Below are positions 50,784 to 64,000 of a stretch of DNA of 64,000 nt, in pieces (position 1 is the stretch's first letter; every line of letters begins with the position of its first letter). A program made the translations under genes and the position numbers. Under the pieces are notes generated by a model, which saw nothing but the letters and a program-made list of their open reading frames with translations, was not told the DNA's origin and did no database searches. The stretch is taken from contig OX597819.1 of the NCBI GenBank assembly GCA_951406725.2, forward strand, positions 78,864,001 through 78,928,000, written 5' to 3'. Source of the stretch: Octopus vulgaris. Taxonomy: Eukaryota.

Positions 50784-51192
50784 TGCATACATACATGTAT
50801 ACACACACGCACACACAATATAATATGCATGACATTTGTTTTTTGTTAGGTTCATGTAATTCTCAAGTCCCGATAACACTCTTTACTTGTTGATTTAGAA
50901 CCTCTTTTACTTGACTTACGTTACCATGGAGATTGTACTTGGTTCTGCAAGCTTGCTTTTAGCATAATAATTTAGTATGGTCTTAGTAAATATGAATACA
51001 GTTGAAACAAATGCTTTTGTTTGGCTTTTTACAGCTGTTGCTGTGCCTGGAATATTACCTCTTTTCTACAGGTAATAGTCTGCAAGAGTTTTGCTTGCAG
51101 AAAAACACCCACCACTGCAGAATTTTCATCCAGATATGGTGTCTGCATATGTGTATATACATATATATCTATATGTGTGTATTTATCTATGG

Positions 51193-51520
51193 TGAAGGTG
51201 CATGACTCTGTGGTTAGAGCGTCAGGCTCACACTCATGAGGTAGTGAGTTTAAGTCTGGGACCAGTCTGTGTGTTGTGTTCTTGAGCAAGACACTTTATT
51301 TCATGTTGCTCCAGTACACTCAGCTGTAGGAAGGAGTTGTTATGTCACTGGTGCCAAGCTGTATCAGCATTTGCCTTTCCCTTGGATAACATCAGTGGCG
51401 TGAAGATGAGAAGCTGCTATGCATGGTCAGCTGCTGGTCTTCCATAAACAACCTTGCTCAGACTTGTGCCTTGGAGGGTAACATTCTAGATGTAATCCCA
51501 TTGTCATTCATGACCAAAGG
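51193..51520 (+). mobile_element. SINE family C
   Basis: Collinear with 39029-39358. Confidence 0.9.
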
Positions 51521-51574
51521 AGATTTTTATATATCATAACCAAATGAGGTCTTTATAAATAAATAAATAGATAG

Positions 51575-51978
51575 GCACAGGAGTGACTGTGTGATAAGAA
51601 GCTTGTTTCCTAACCACATGGCTCTGAGTTCAGTCCCACTGTGTGGCACCTTCTACTATAGCCTCAGGCCAACCAAAGCCCTGTGAGTGGATATGGTAGA
51701 TGGAAAGTGAAAAAGATCATCATGTATGTATGTATACACACACACACACATGTTTGTATCTATGTGTATGTTTGTGTTAGTTCCCTCACCATCTCTTGAC
51801 AACTGATGTTAGTGTGTTTACATCTCTGTAGTTTAGTAGTTCAGCAAAATAGTCCAATAGAATAAATACTAGCCATACAAAGAATAAGTCCTGGGGTCGA
51901 TTTGCTCAACTGAAACCCTTTAAGGCAGTGCTCTAGCATGGCCGCTGTCTAATGACTGGACTGAAACAAGTAACAGAA
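51575..51978 (+). mobile_element. SINE family A
   Basis: Head, body and tail present. Confidence 0.88.
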
Positions 51979-54924
51979 TAATATAGAAAGATAGATAGAT
52001 AGAGAGATCCCTTTTTAGACTACAAAATTTTGTACACAACCCAAACAACTTTAATGTTGTGGAATTATGATCTTTTGGCATCGCGGGTATGTAGTTGAAA
52101 AAAAAAAGTTTCTTTTTATACCTTTAGATGTTCTGTTCATGGTTGAAGAGTTCAAATGTTGTCATCGCCATGTTGCTGTTGTTATTACAACAGTACAAGC
52201 ACTGCTAAGGTCCTCTGCTTGAAGGTCACAACACCACACAACAGCTGCTGGAACAAGGGTTTTCAACTGCTGACCATGTTGTTTGTAGTCCAGTGTTTCA
52301 ATCATAGAACTTAATCCAGTGTTTCAGAACGGGTGGGATTTATTTAAAGGGAAAACATGTAAAACATGATTTATGTTGAAATTCTCTTTGTTGTTTGAAG
52401 ATTTCATCTGTGCTTCTTGACCTAAAATACTAAGTACTTTGGCTTTTTACTGCTTGCATTGATTTGGCATATATTATATTATTGTCGTGTTACACCATTT
52501 CCTGTGCATAGGCTCTCTCTCTCTCTCTCTCTCTCTCCCCTCTCTCTGTTTTTATTATTTATTTTCTTTTTACACATTTGTTTTTCTTCTATTAGTGACC
52601 CTGTTTGATCAAAACACCTACTGCAGACATGATGGGGGTGGTGGCAGTGGAGCTGCTGCTGGGGAGGGATATTTATCACTTAATCCTCCCTTCAGTTCTC
52701 AAAGTTATCCAGACATCTTCATTTATCATACTTCAACACAAACTGGCTTTTCACAGCGAAAAACAAAACGTAACAAAGCAAAAACAAAAAGCATAAAAAA
52801 AAGAAAATCTTTTTTCTTTCTCTCTCTCTCTCTCCCCCTCCCTCCTGTCCATCTACCCATCCACCCACTCACCTGCTTTGGATCATCCATCAAAGATGTT
52901 AGACAAGCGCTGGACTAGCTACCTGCTAAGTCTGTCTGAAATTAGGATAGCCTTGCTGTTTGCTGACTTGATTTTGCAAGACTCTTTACAGTGGACAAGC
53001 AGAAATGTCACACGGCATAAAAAATATGTTCTTTTACAAAAAAATCTTAAATCTGCACAATTAGAATATATGTGCCAGAATTTTCCAGTATATGTGTGTG
53101 TATATTTTCAGTGTATGTTCTGAGTTCAAACTCTACTGGGTCCCTTCATTCTCTTGTAGTCAATAAAATAAGAGCTGGTCAAATGAACCCCTGCTTAACA
53201 AAAAAGAAGGAAAAAAATGGTTGTGGAAGTGCTGCAAATATTCAGGACATTATTTCTTGAACCTTGCTTCTGAATAATTTTAGTTTAAATTTCAGCTGGT
53301 TTTTGGATTTTTCTTTTGTCTCAGCATTTCCATTATTTATAAAAACTTTGTCATTATCAGCCACTACCAATGGTTTTCGTGCCCTCTTTGTAAGAGTTAA
53401 CTCCCTTGTTTTTTCTTTCACTTCTCGTCAGCTTAATTTCTTTTATGATGGGGGAAAATGATGATGATAATGGATGCTGATTGCAGTTTCTGTTGCTGCT
53501 GATGACAATGATTAACTCACTGGCTAACTGATTCATTTATAGATTTTACCATAGAATCTATGTGATCTGATTTTTGATGCATGGCTGTGTGGTAACAAGT
53601 TTGCTTCTCAACCACATGCTTCTGAGTTCAGTCCCACTGCATGACACCTTGGGCAAATGAGTGTCTTTTACTATAGCCCCAGGCCAACTAAAACCTAGTG
53701 AATGCATTTGGTTGACAGAAACTGAAAGAAGTCCAACGCATGTGTGTGTGTTTTTCCATGTCTAAGCCTGGTGAGTTTATTTTGAAAGAAGCCCAATGTG
53801 TGTGTGTGTGTATGTGTGTGTGTGTTTGTGTCCCCTTGTTTTGACATGGTGCATTAGTTATAACTCAATGTCACTGACCAGCCAAAGCCTGGTGAGTTCA
53901 ATTCATTGGCAGAAACTGAGAGAAGCCCAATGTATGTGTGTGTGTGTTTGTATCTCCTTGTCTTGACACAGTGCAATAGTTATAAGTAATTGTCAATGTC
54001 ATGCAAGCTGTGTCATTCATTTACAATCCTGGAAAAATAGTACCTTGCTTTGGAGTAAATAAGGGTTGGCGACAAAAAGTGCATCCAGCTGAAGAAAAGC
54101 CTGTCTTAGTAAAACTCCATCTGATCCATGCAAGCATGAAAAAGTGGGCTTTAAATGATGTTGCTGATGATGGTAGTGTTGATGATATAACTATTACCTT
54201 CCTCTCTACTATCACCATAGATCCCATCCTTAAATCCACGAAGTGAAGGCCTGCAGCATTTACCTAGTAGATGCTCAGCTGGATGGAGATTTTTCAGGAA
54301 ATCCAACTAGACATTTGTCAGGTGTCATTTCAAGCAAGACAAAATTAAATTGATTTTGGTATCAATCTGAGATGATGTATCTATCATCACAGCCAACCAA
54401 AGGCTGATTACTTGTGTTGATCTTTTTTTTTTTTTCCTTTTTTTTTCTTTTTACATTGGGTTTTATTGTTGTTTGCACAGCATTGTTTACTTAGTTTCTC
54501 ATAGACTTGGTGGATAATAAATATCTCTTAGCTTGATACCCTTTCTAATTATAACTCTGTAACTAGGCAGTGAGATTGATGTGTGTATGTGTGTATGTGT
54601 GTGTGTGTGTGCATGCATGCATGTGTGTTTATGTGTACAGTTTGGATTTATAGAGCTGAAAGAATTCTCTGATATGTGTTGGCCATCATCAGTATCATTA
54701 TCATCATTTTAGTATCCACTTTTCCAGGCTTGCATAGGTTGGAAGTAATTTATTGAGGATGCCCTTCCTGCTGCTAACCCTCGCATATCTCTAAGCGAGG
54801 TCATATTGTCCTAAGGCCACACATATTTTTGCAGAATATTGGAAATGAACAAAATTGCTTGTATAGCAGTGACACTCATTTTCAACTCTCTTGCAGTGCC
54901 AATGCATGCACACACACACACATT

Positions 54925-55134
54925 TTTATTCTTTTACTTGTTTCGTCAATTGACTGGCCATACTGAAGCATCACTCTGAAGTGTTTTTATCAAACAAATT
55001 GACCCTAGGACTTATTTTTTAAACTTAATACTTATTCTATTGATCTCTTTGCTGAATCGCTAAGTTACAGGGACGTAAACACACCAACACCGGTTGTCAA
55101 TTGATGATGGCGGGCCAGACACACATACATAGCC

Positions 55135-55178
<44 letters not shown>

Positions 55179-55410
55179 CAAGCTTCTTTCAGTTTCCATC
55201 TACCAAGTCCACTCACATGGCTTTGGTTTGCAATTAGAAGACACTTGTTCAAGGTGCTATGCAGTGGCACTGAACCCAGTACCATATGGTTGGGAAACAA
55301 GCTTCTTGCCTCACAGCCATCTCTGATGGGCTTCTTTCAGTTTCCGTCTACCAAATCCACTTACAAAGTATTAGTTGGCTCTGGGCTGTTGTAGAAGACA
55401 CTTGCCCAAT
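54925..55410 (-). mobile_element. SINE family A plus an adjacent partial copy
   Basis: Reverse complement of the consensus; the body segment is repeated at about 55325-55410. Confidence 0.82.
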
Positions 55411-56099
55411 ATGCTATTTTATCATACCAAGTATCACTGTGCACACTCTACAACTGATAAACCACCACCACCACCATCGTTATCACCTTCATTATCACCA
55501 TCTTAATAGTGTTTCACCGTTCTGGCTTAAATTAGACAGGTAAGTCATACGGCATATTACCTCTCTTTTCAGTGTTCTGTGTCTTTGACTAAGGACCAGC
55601 ATCCAGAGACGTACCCTTGTCTCGCCACTTACTCCTCCTCTACTTCCCTTTATCGTCCTCGGTCCTTTGACATGGTTTGCCTTCAGTATCACCACACAGC
55701 AATTTTCCAACTAGTTCTTACCATTCAAAGGTATTTATTTTGTTAACACACCAAAGTACCTGTCTAGACTCGCGTATCGCCTATACAACCACATGAACAT
55801 ATCAACCCACCCCTATATCCATCTACCTGCTTCTTCTGATTTATGTCCATATATACCCTATTGTTTGTCTCCATCGCATTGTTTCTCCCCTAGCTATTTT
55901 GAGCTGGTCATCTATGTATCTATCTATCTATCTCTCTTTCTCTCTCCATATCCATCTTTCACAAAAAATGTAAGATCCAACAAGTGAGTGACTACTACAT
56001 GGGTCACTGAGAATGCAAGAAATAACTACTGAACCACCATCAAATCACAACCTACTATCTTAGAAAATGGAAGGACTTGTTGGAGAATGTGTCAGACAC

Positions 56100-56510
56100 A
56101 CAAGCACAGCTGTGCAGTTAAGGTGCTCACTTTGCAACAGTGTGGTTTCAGGTTCAATCCCACTGCACAGCATCTTGAGCAAGTGTTTTCTACTAGTGTC
56201 CCTAGGGTCAACAAATGCCTTGAGAGTGAATTAGGAGACAAAAACAATGTATAAACCCATCTTGTGTGTGTGTGTGTGTGTATACACACGCATATATACA
56301 CGTGTACATATATGCATGTGTGTATCCACTGCTTGACAACCGGGGTTGGTTTGCTTATGTCACTGTAACTTAGCAGTTTGGCAAAAGACACCAGTAGAAT
56401 AAATACGTGTCTTAAAAGCAATAAATCCTGGAATCAATTTGTTCAACTAAAACCCTTCAAGGTGGTGCCCCAGCATGGCCACAGTTCAATGACTGAGATG
56501 AGTGAAAGAA
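56100..56510 (+). mobile_element. SINE family A
   Basis: Head, body and tail present. Confidence 0.82.
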
Positions 56511-56646
56511 AAGAGAGATGCGCAGTACCTGATGATGGAGTGGCAGGTGAGGGAAGACAAGATGGCTTCAGCTAGAATGTTTTCGATCAAAGGTCTACTT
56601 GATGAAGGCCAGCTTGGATTTAAACAGCAACAGCTATTAGGAATGT

Positions 56647-56691
<45 letters not shown>

Positions 56692-57938
56692 ATCAATGCC
56701 GACCTACCCAGTATATACCATTCACTCAATACCAACCTCCATCTTTATGTGTGTATGTGTGTGTCTAGTTGTCTGGCTACATAGATAATGCTTACAGCCA
56801 TTATGGTTTTGAAGCATTCTTTCCACAAGAATCTTAGCATTTCACAACAGTTCGGTTCATCCATCCATCCATCCATCCATCCATCCTTCAACTTTCTTTC
56901 CCCCCCCCCCCCGGCCTGCTTTCTCTCTTTCTTTTTCTCTCCCCTTTATCCATCCAACCACCCTGCTGCTCTTCTTCCCCGCCCTCCACCACCACCACCA
57001 CCACCTAGCTCAACCAAGCAGCTACTTATATGCAAATATGATTAATTCGATTGCTTCCTCTCTTGTTTCCATTCTCTTTTTGGCCAATAATTAGCTATTA
57101 TTCGCATGTCGGAATCCGAGACAGTTCCAACAACAATGGCACTAGACCGCCAATATGTACACCCTCCTCCGCCTCTTCCCCCATCTCACCTACCCTACCA
57201 CTTCCACACATACAACATCATCCCCCTCTCTATTTCTCTATCTCTCTCTCTCTCTCTCTCTCCCCCCCTTTTTTCCTTTTTTTTTTTTCTTCTCTTATGT
57301 GTTCTGCTCTGCTCTTTTGATTGCCTGTGTATTTATTTAAGTGAGGTTTTGATAAATGCTCAGAGGAGTGTGTGTGTGTGTGTGTATGTGTTTTTGTTGG
57401 TTTTTCCGGGGGGAGGCAGGGGGTGTTTTTAATCCAACCTTCCGACTTCTCCCTCTTCACACCGCAACCACCACCACCTCCTCCTCCTCAAAACTGTTCA
57501 TATTTCACCCACCCACCACCTCTTCCCCTCACCCCCTTTTTATGAATTTTTCATCTCTTCCATTGCAGAGTTCAAAACGACACAGAGATAAATCATTCTC
57601 CTAGTTTTGATGATTACAATAGTAGCTGTTGTTCTAGTTGTGGTTGTTGTTGTGGTGGTGTCGGTGGTAAATGGTTATAGTTATGATGGGGCTGGTGATG
57701 TCGTTGTTATGATAGCTTTTTTTGATTGTAACATTAGTGATGATGATGGTGGTGATGTTGATAATGGTAATGATGATGGTAATGATGTTTGCAATAGTGG
57801 AATTATTGATGCTTACATTGTTTATGATGATGATGCTGATGTTGATAGTAAGACTAAGACAATAGCTGTTCTAATACTACTACCAGTGTTTCTGTAAGTG
57901 ATATATGTTACTGCTGCTACTACTACTACTACTGTTGC

Positions 57939-57970
<32 letters not shown>

Positions 57971-58354
57971 GTAATAATTTCTTTAACTGATACTGCAAGG
58001 CCACAACTTCGTAGGCAGTGGCAGGAGGAGAGGGTTTACACTTGATTGAATCGAAGCCCCATCCCCCACCCCTCCATAAGAACAATATTGATAAATGATA
58101 ATGATAGCAATATTGGCCACAGTGAAAAGAACAAAACATAGAGTAAAAAGACCACCACCATCTCAGCCACCAACATCAACAACATCGCCACCACCACCAC
58201 CACCGCCGACACCACCACCACTATTACTTACTAACTAATGATAAATAGATCCACTGTTGGTTTTGATAATGAGCAATATTCTGTTGTTCAATTCAACTGA
58301 GCTTGCTGGTCTTTAAATTAACATTGAAGAGGCCCGGTAAAAAGTAGGTGAAGT

Positions 58355-58830
58355 TACCTTTTTTTGAGTCGTGCCAACTCATAAGGGCCAGTTTCCATGG
58401 CATATAGATTCTCCACCTGTACGGGTCACCGATCTGTCACGAGTTTACTCACCTCTTTGGACTGGAGCAACGTGAAATGAAGTGTTTTCCCTCAAGAACA
58501 CAATTCGTTGCCTGATCCAGGAATTGAAACTGCAATCTTACGATCATGAGTAGTCCAACACCCTAGCCACTAATCCATGTGCATCCACTAAAAAGTTATC
58601 TTCTCAATTCATAACAACTAATAAGGGCCAGTTTCCTGGTTTCCATAGCATATATGATATATTCCCCACCTGGAGGGGATGCCGGTTTACTCATTTTTGC
58701 CAGCTGAGTGGACTGGAGCAATGTGAAATGAAGTGTTTTGCTCAAGAACCCAATGCATCACCCAGTCCAGGAATCAAAACCACAATCTTATGATCATGAG
58801 TCCAACACCCTAACCACTAAGCCATGCTCC
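58355..58830 (-). mobile_element. Two tandem SINE family C copies
   Basis: About 58370-58590 and 58610-58830; both resemble 2015-2260. Confidence 0.85.
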
Positions 58831-59841
58831 TGAAGTGACCTAGTATTCTGCAGGGATTACATATGTACTCCCTGTGTAGAATCAGTGTGTATGACAGTGT
58901 ACAACAAGGCTGGATCTTTGAATTACATGTACATCCCATCTAGCAGTTTCTGGCTTCTCGACTTTGTTGACAAGGCTTTGAATTAACTTTAAATTATGTA
59001 TGGTAAATAAATAAACGATGCTTGCTCGAAATGCCACAGAGTGAGATGGAACCAAGGACTTCATGATTGCAGTGTGAACTTAACCATTCAGCTAGGTTTG
59101 TGCCCCCAATTCCTATTATAACTGCTATTACCAACTATTGCTACACCCAACACTCAACAGTTTTGTCATTAATACCTTGTTCATCATAAAGCAACTATCA
59201 CTATTACACCACTATAACACTACGACCAACACTGGCAAAAAAAACTACCTCTCAATGTGCTAGTTATAGCAGTCAGTTCCCCCTCATGAAGAAAATGAAT
59301 GACACCATTTAAGGAAAGATGTCCAAAGGAAGTTGGAATGGTCATTGTTGACATGTCTTGATTGAGGTTAAACTGGGGGTAAAGAATTGCAAGAGAGCTA
59401 AATTTATTGCCCAGCCTACTAGATATAGCAGCCAAATTTCCCTCAGTCCCATACATTAGATAATGTAGTAATCCTATACAGAGTTAGCACTTTAAATTTT
59501 ACAGTTTGCATAAAAAGAAGAGAAAACAATATCTCATCCAAAAATAAAAGAATATTTTTTAAAAAATCAAAAAATATCAACTAGATTATGGCTCAGAGTA
59601 GCTGCTCTCAGCCTCAACTGTGGCCTGAAAGTGATCCTAGAACCTAGCTTATGTGTTCTTTACCATGTCCCTGGGAAGAACTGCAAACACCTCCTTGATC
59701 GTGGCCACTAGTTTGTCCCTGGTGTTGCAAGCAGAGTGATTGGTATCTTTCTCAGTTATTCCCTACACATAGTAATCCTTGGGATTATAATTGGGGGGAT
59801 TAGGAGGTGAGAAATTGCTGCTGATGAAGTTGCAGAAATTA

Positions 59842-59971
59842 GTAAAACTGAAGGACCTCTACAATAAGTGTGTGAATCTGAGAGGAGAATATGTTGAATA
59901 AAATCATAATTAACTGATCCTCATGTATTTTCTTTTACCCAAAACCAGGAACTTTTCAGCTTCCCCTTGTA
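59842..59971 (+). mobile_element. mariner transposon 3' end (transposase C terminus plus right TIR)
   Basis: VKLKDLYNKCVNLRGEYVE* (59842-59901) matches the mariner terminal KC...GxYVE motif; ends GGAACTTTTCAGCTTCCCCTTG followed by TA. Confidence 0.85.
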
Positions 59972-61179
59972 CACATGTTATGCCACTGGCTGTTTTTTCA
60001 TTTATTATTTCCTTTTGCTATTCTGGCATGAAAGAAAATGAAATTGTTGAGGTGGACTTTCTGTTGCCACCACCACAACCACCAGCATTACATAACAACC
60101 CTTAAATACTTATTGCCCTCACTTCTGTGCAGATCTCAGAGATATACGAAATGTTTTAGGTTCAGGTGTGGCTGTGTGGTTAAGAAGCTTGCTTTGCAAC
60201 CATGTGCTTTCAGGTTCAGTCCCACTGCATGGTACCTAGGGCAGGTGCCTTCTACTGTAGCTCCAGGTTGACCAATGCCTTATGAAGGAATTTAATCACC
60301 ACCACAACCACTGCCATCACCACCTCCACCACTGCCATCATCACCACCTCCACCATCACCACCACTACCATCACTACCTCCTTCATCATCACCACCTTCA
60401 CCATCATCACATCATCACACAGCAGCAACACTCCACCACCACCACCACCACACTATTACCTATTACCATCTCATAGTATTGCGACACCACCATCACTGCC
60501 ACCACTAAATTATCACCTTTATATAGTTTGTATTATCGCATCCCTCCCCACACACATCCATCCATCCATCCATCCACTGCATTAGCATCACCATTATAGC
60601 AACCAGCATCCATGCAACAGCAGTTATAATGTTAGCTTCACCACCACCACTACCACCGTCGTCGTCGCCATCGCCATGCAATTATCACCATCACAAAGAC
60701 ATTAGCTGACATCTATTGTGTGATATGTGTTGTATATTGGTTTTGATAACATTGTATGAGAAGTGGGTGGTGGGAGCGATGGAGGTGGCGATAGTGATAA
60801 AGACAAATGTAGGAAGTGGAGGTGATGGTAGTAGTAAGAGAGAGAGAGAGAGAAAGAGAGGGTATCTAGTTATTTTGCTCTTGTTACAACTCCATGTGGC
60901 AGGCAACATGAAGAAAAAGGCATCACACTGAAATATACAAATTTGGTTTGTCTAAATGTCTTGGCAGTGGTGGAGGTGGTGGTGGTGGTGGTGGTGGTGG
61001 TGATGATGGTAGTGTTGGTGTTGGTGGAGACAAAGGAGCAAGTGGTGAACCACAAACATTCGTAATTGTTGGTTGAGGAATTGAGACTCATATCGGTACA
61101 GGTGTCATGAGTGGCGATCTTCCTGGCTGATTATATTGGTTGAAGGTGGTGTTGTATTCTTAATAGTGTTTTTGTGTAT

Positions 61180-61217
<38 letters not shown>

Positions 61218-61493
61218 GTGTGTGTGTATATATATAAATATATGAGAGAGAGAGAGGCAGACAGAGAAAGTCAACAGATGAGATCCAGAGATATTCAATA
61301 CAGAAAACAGTAGCACTCAAATGATTTGGACTTAAACTCAGAAATTTTTACTGCACAGAAAAGAGTGGCTATAAGAGGAATCCAGGTGATTTGGAGGTAA
61401 TGATGCAAATCTATAATACATTAACAGTCATTTTGAATCTTGCTTGATTGCTTGCAATGTTACCCAGCCAAAGTGGAGCATAATAGGAAAATA

Positions 61494-61797
61494 CTATGAA
61501 TTAACTTTACCCTGAAATGTTAATAAGAAGGGAATGAAACAAGTTTTGCATAAACCGGAGCAGTAGTTATTGAGATATTCAGGGTTTGGGGGTATAAAAA
61601 CCCAAAATGGTTCATAATGGAAAAATGTTCTGAATTTAACTTCATCCTGAAAGGGAAGAAACTCTAATCTTTGAATGTCACATTTGTTGAAAGCATGCGA
61701 AATAGCCTAGAAAAGAAAAAAAAACCCCACAGAATAAAACTCTGTTGCTGGGAAACTCAGAGTTGCCTCGTGACCCAATGGGTCATAGCTTGTCTAG
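61494..61797 (+). mobile_element. Helitron-like 3' portion
   Basis: Hairpin TGACCC-aat-GGGTCA (61771-61785), CTAG (61794-61797), then T; 5' end not located. Confidence 0.55.
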
Positions 61798-61841
61798 TAA
61801 ACAAATAGAACTGCTTAAGCTAGAAATACAAAATATGTCTG

Positions 61842-61896
<55 letters not shown>

Positions 61897-61978
61897 ATAT
61901 GTTCTCATTTTCTCATTTTTTTGACGTCCTGTACCTATATATGCTTGTATATATACATATATATGTAGGTATGTACAA

Positions 61979-62030
<52 letters not shown>

Positions 62031-62045
62031 TGTGTGTGTGTGTGT

Positions 62046-62224
62046 CTTTGGTTCTCTAGTTGCCATAAGACACAAGGTTGCAACATGATCTCTCCAACCA
62101 GCCTTGTTTTCTGCTACTGTTCTAGTCCCGTTCCAGCTTCTTTACCCTTCTGGTTTCCTTTCCTTGTCAATGGCCCTTTGCCATATGGTTTTAGGGCACC
62201 CTGCTGTTCTTTTTCCCCTTTAGG
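62046..62224 (-). mobile_element. RTE-clade LINE 3' fragment
   Basis: Minus-strand translation [47 protein letters not shown] matches the RTE terminal GKRxxGRPKxTW...WRxxVxALC pattern; followed by a microsatellite tail. Confidence 0.85.
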
Positions 62225-62701
62225 CTATGAATTAACTTTACCCTGAAATATTTATAAGAAAGGAATGAAACAAGTTTTGCATAAATTGGAGCAGTAGTTA
62301 TTGAGATATTCAGGGTTTAGTGGTATAAATACCCAAAATGGTTCATAATGGAAAAATGTTCTGTTATTTAACTTCGCCCTACCGCTTTAGTACCACCATA
62401 TGATTGCTTGCCTGCTCACCCATCACTAATAACTTTCATATATTCTTTCAACCATCACCGGTATCATCTCATCTTACCACAACCTAAAGAAGTGCCTATA
62501 TCAGGCTTGGGCAAAAGTTTTAGGGAAGAGTACTGCATGAGAACTGTATCATCAAGTGGGTCACAACTAAAAAGAGAAAAGGGTATTTTTTTGTCATATG
62601 TAACGTTTGGAAACTGCAGAGGTTGGCAGGTTGCCTATGACTAGCCTATGTGATTACTTGGCCTGCCAGAAACCCTTTCTAGATCTCTTTCACACCACAC
62701 A

Positions 62702-63138
62702 GGTATGTGACATTTTGGCACAACCATTTTGGTGCTGCTTTTTTTTGGCATCATTGATATAGCTCTATTTGACATGAGAGAATTTTTAAATGGTTCCTTC
62801 CTTTCTCCCTCTCTGTCTCTTCCTCTCTTCCCCACTCTCTCCTATCCTCTCTCTTCTCCTATGTCTCTCCTCTCTTCTGTCTTTCGTCTTAGCTCTTCTC
62901 TGTCCCCATCTCATTTCTCCCTATCTCTTCCTCTCTCCCATTCTCTTTGTAGTTTTGTCTCTATGTATGTGTAATATTTCTCTTCCTGCCCAGCCCATCT
63001 CTCTGTATGTATATATTTTTGCGTGCATGTGTGTACCTCCAGTACCCAAAACATGCAGTCACCAAAACAGGTTGAATGTCCATTCAGCCATGCCATTTCA
63101 TCAGCATCTAAAACAGTTGCACCAAATCATCCCATTCC
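62702..63138. mobile_element. Unclassified MITE-like element with imperfect ~35-bp TIRs (GG...CC ends)
   Basis: GGTATGTGACATTTTGGCACAACC vs the reverse complement of the right end GGAATGGGATGATTTGGTGCAACT; homologous to 18619-18999. Confidence 0.6.
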
Positions 63139-63264
63139 GATATCACATACAAGCTCAATGACCATATCAGATATTGTAATTCTAGACATGCTGTGCCTAA
63201 ACTAAAAATAAACCATGTTTTTTTCTTTTTCTTTTCGTTTTTCTTCTTCTTTTTTTTTTCTTTT

Positions 63265-63672
63265 TTTTTTTACTTGTCTCAGTCATTGGACTGCAACGAC
63301 GTGCGGCTTTGAAGATTTTTTAATTGACCCCAGTACTTATCTCTGTAAGTCTGGTGCTTATTTGATCAGTATCTTTATGTGTAAGAACATGTTACATTGC
63401 TGGGATGTAAACAAACCAATGTTAAGTTGCTGGAGTGTAAACAAACCAACACTGGTTCTCAGACAGTGATTGGTGACGAACACAGGCACACTCACTCACA
63501 CATGCACACAGTGGGCTTCCTTCAGTTTCCTTCCTCCAAATCCTCTCACAAGGCTTTGGTCAACCCAGTGCTATAGTAGAAGACATTTGCCCAAGGTTCC
63601 GTGCAGTGGGACTGAACCTGGAACTGTATGGTTGAAAAGTGGCCTTCTTACCACACAATCGCGTCTGTGCCT
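63265..63672 (-). mobile_element. SINE family A
   Basis: Reverse complement of head, body and tail. Confidence 0.82.
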
Positions 63673-64000
63673 ACATTATCATCATAAATAGAACAGCTTA
63701 GTTTATAGAACTCTCCTATAAGATCTCACCTGAGACTGAACAATCAGGAACCATGTGACCACACTGAATGCCATGTTACTATCACCACAACCACTACATA
63801 TAACCATATTATAGTCACCATATTACATGGCTACTACCACCCTATCATACCAGTCATGTCACATCATGTCATTAGCACTACCACCACAACTACTACTGTA
63901 TTACACATACCCCAGCGCTGTTGTCTTTTCATGCTGTATAACAACCATACTATAAAAAGTAATGACCTCTTTCGGCCATGCATGACCATGGGATTGCACC

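Noticed and set aside
52596-52800. Possible exon after a pyrimidine tract (VTLFDQNTYCRHDGGGG...)
   Set aside because: No clear donor and no homology; low-complexity flanks
59821-59842. CTGATGAAGTTGCAGAAA
   Set aside because: No stem II or stem I pairing; chance match

Overview
AT-rich eukaryotic (animal) genomic DNA, most consistent with an octopus/coleoid cephalopod intron or intergenic region. That call rests on the dense (TA)n/(CA)n/(CT)n/(TTA)n/(CAT)n microsatellites and recurring tRNA-derived SINE families; it is an inference, not a database hit. No protein-coding gene can be supported: nearly all listed ORFs are microsatellite or SINE read-throughs. The window is a patchwork of four recurring SINE families (my labels A-D), Tc1/mariner, piggyBac-, hAT- and Helitron-type non-autonomous DNA elements, and decayed RTE, CR1-like, R2-like and Dong-like LINE pieces. 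The most notable signal is a set of six recognisable minimal type I hammerhead-ribozyme motifs (plus weaker relics) in five unrelated short elements, with the architecture known from Penelope-like retroelements. They include a tRNA-headed SINE that carries a hammerhead and has an inverted 5' duplication (7743-8033), and a palindrome with 140-bp arms and a near-canonical hammerhead at its centre (45163-45468). Four of the motifs cluster within 1.6 kb (7.9-9.5 kb). SINE and LINE boundaries are approximate (about +/-15 bp); motif, TIR and TSD coordinates were read base by base.
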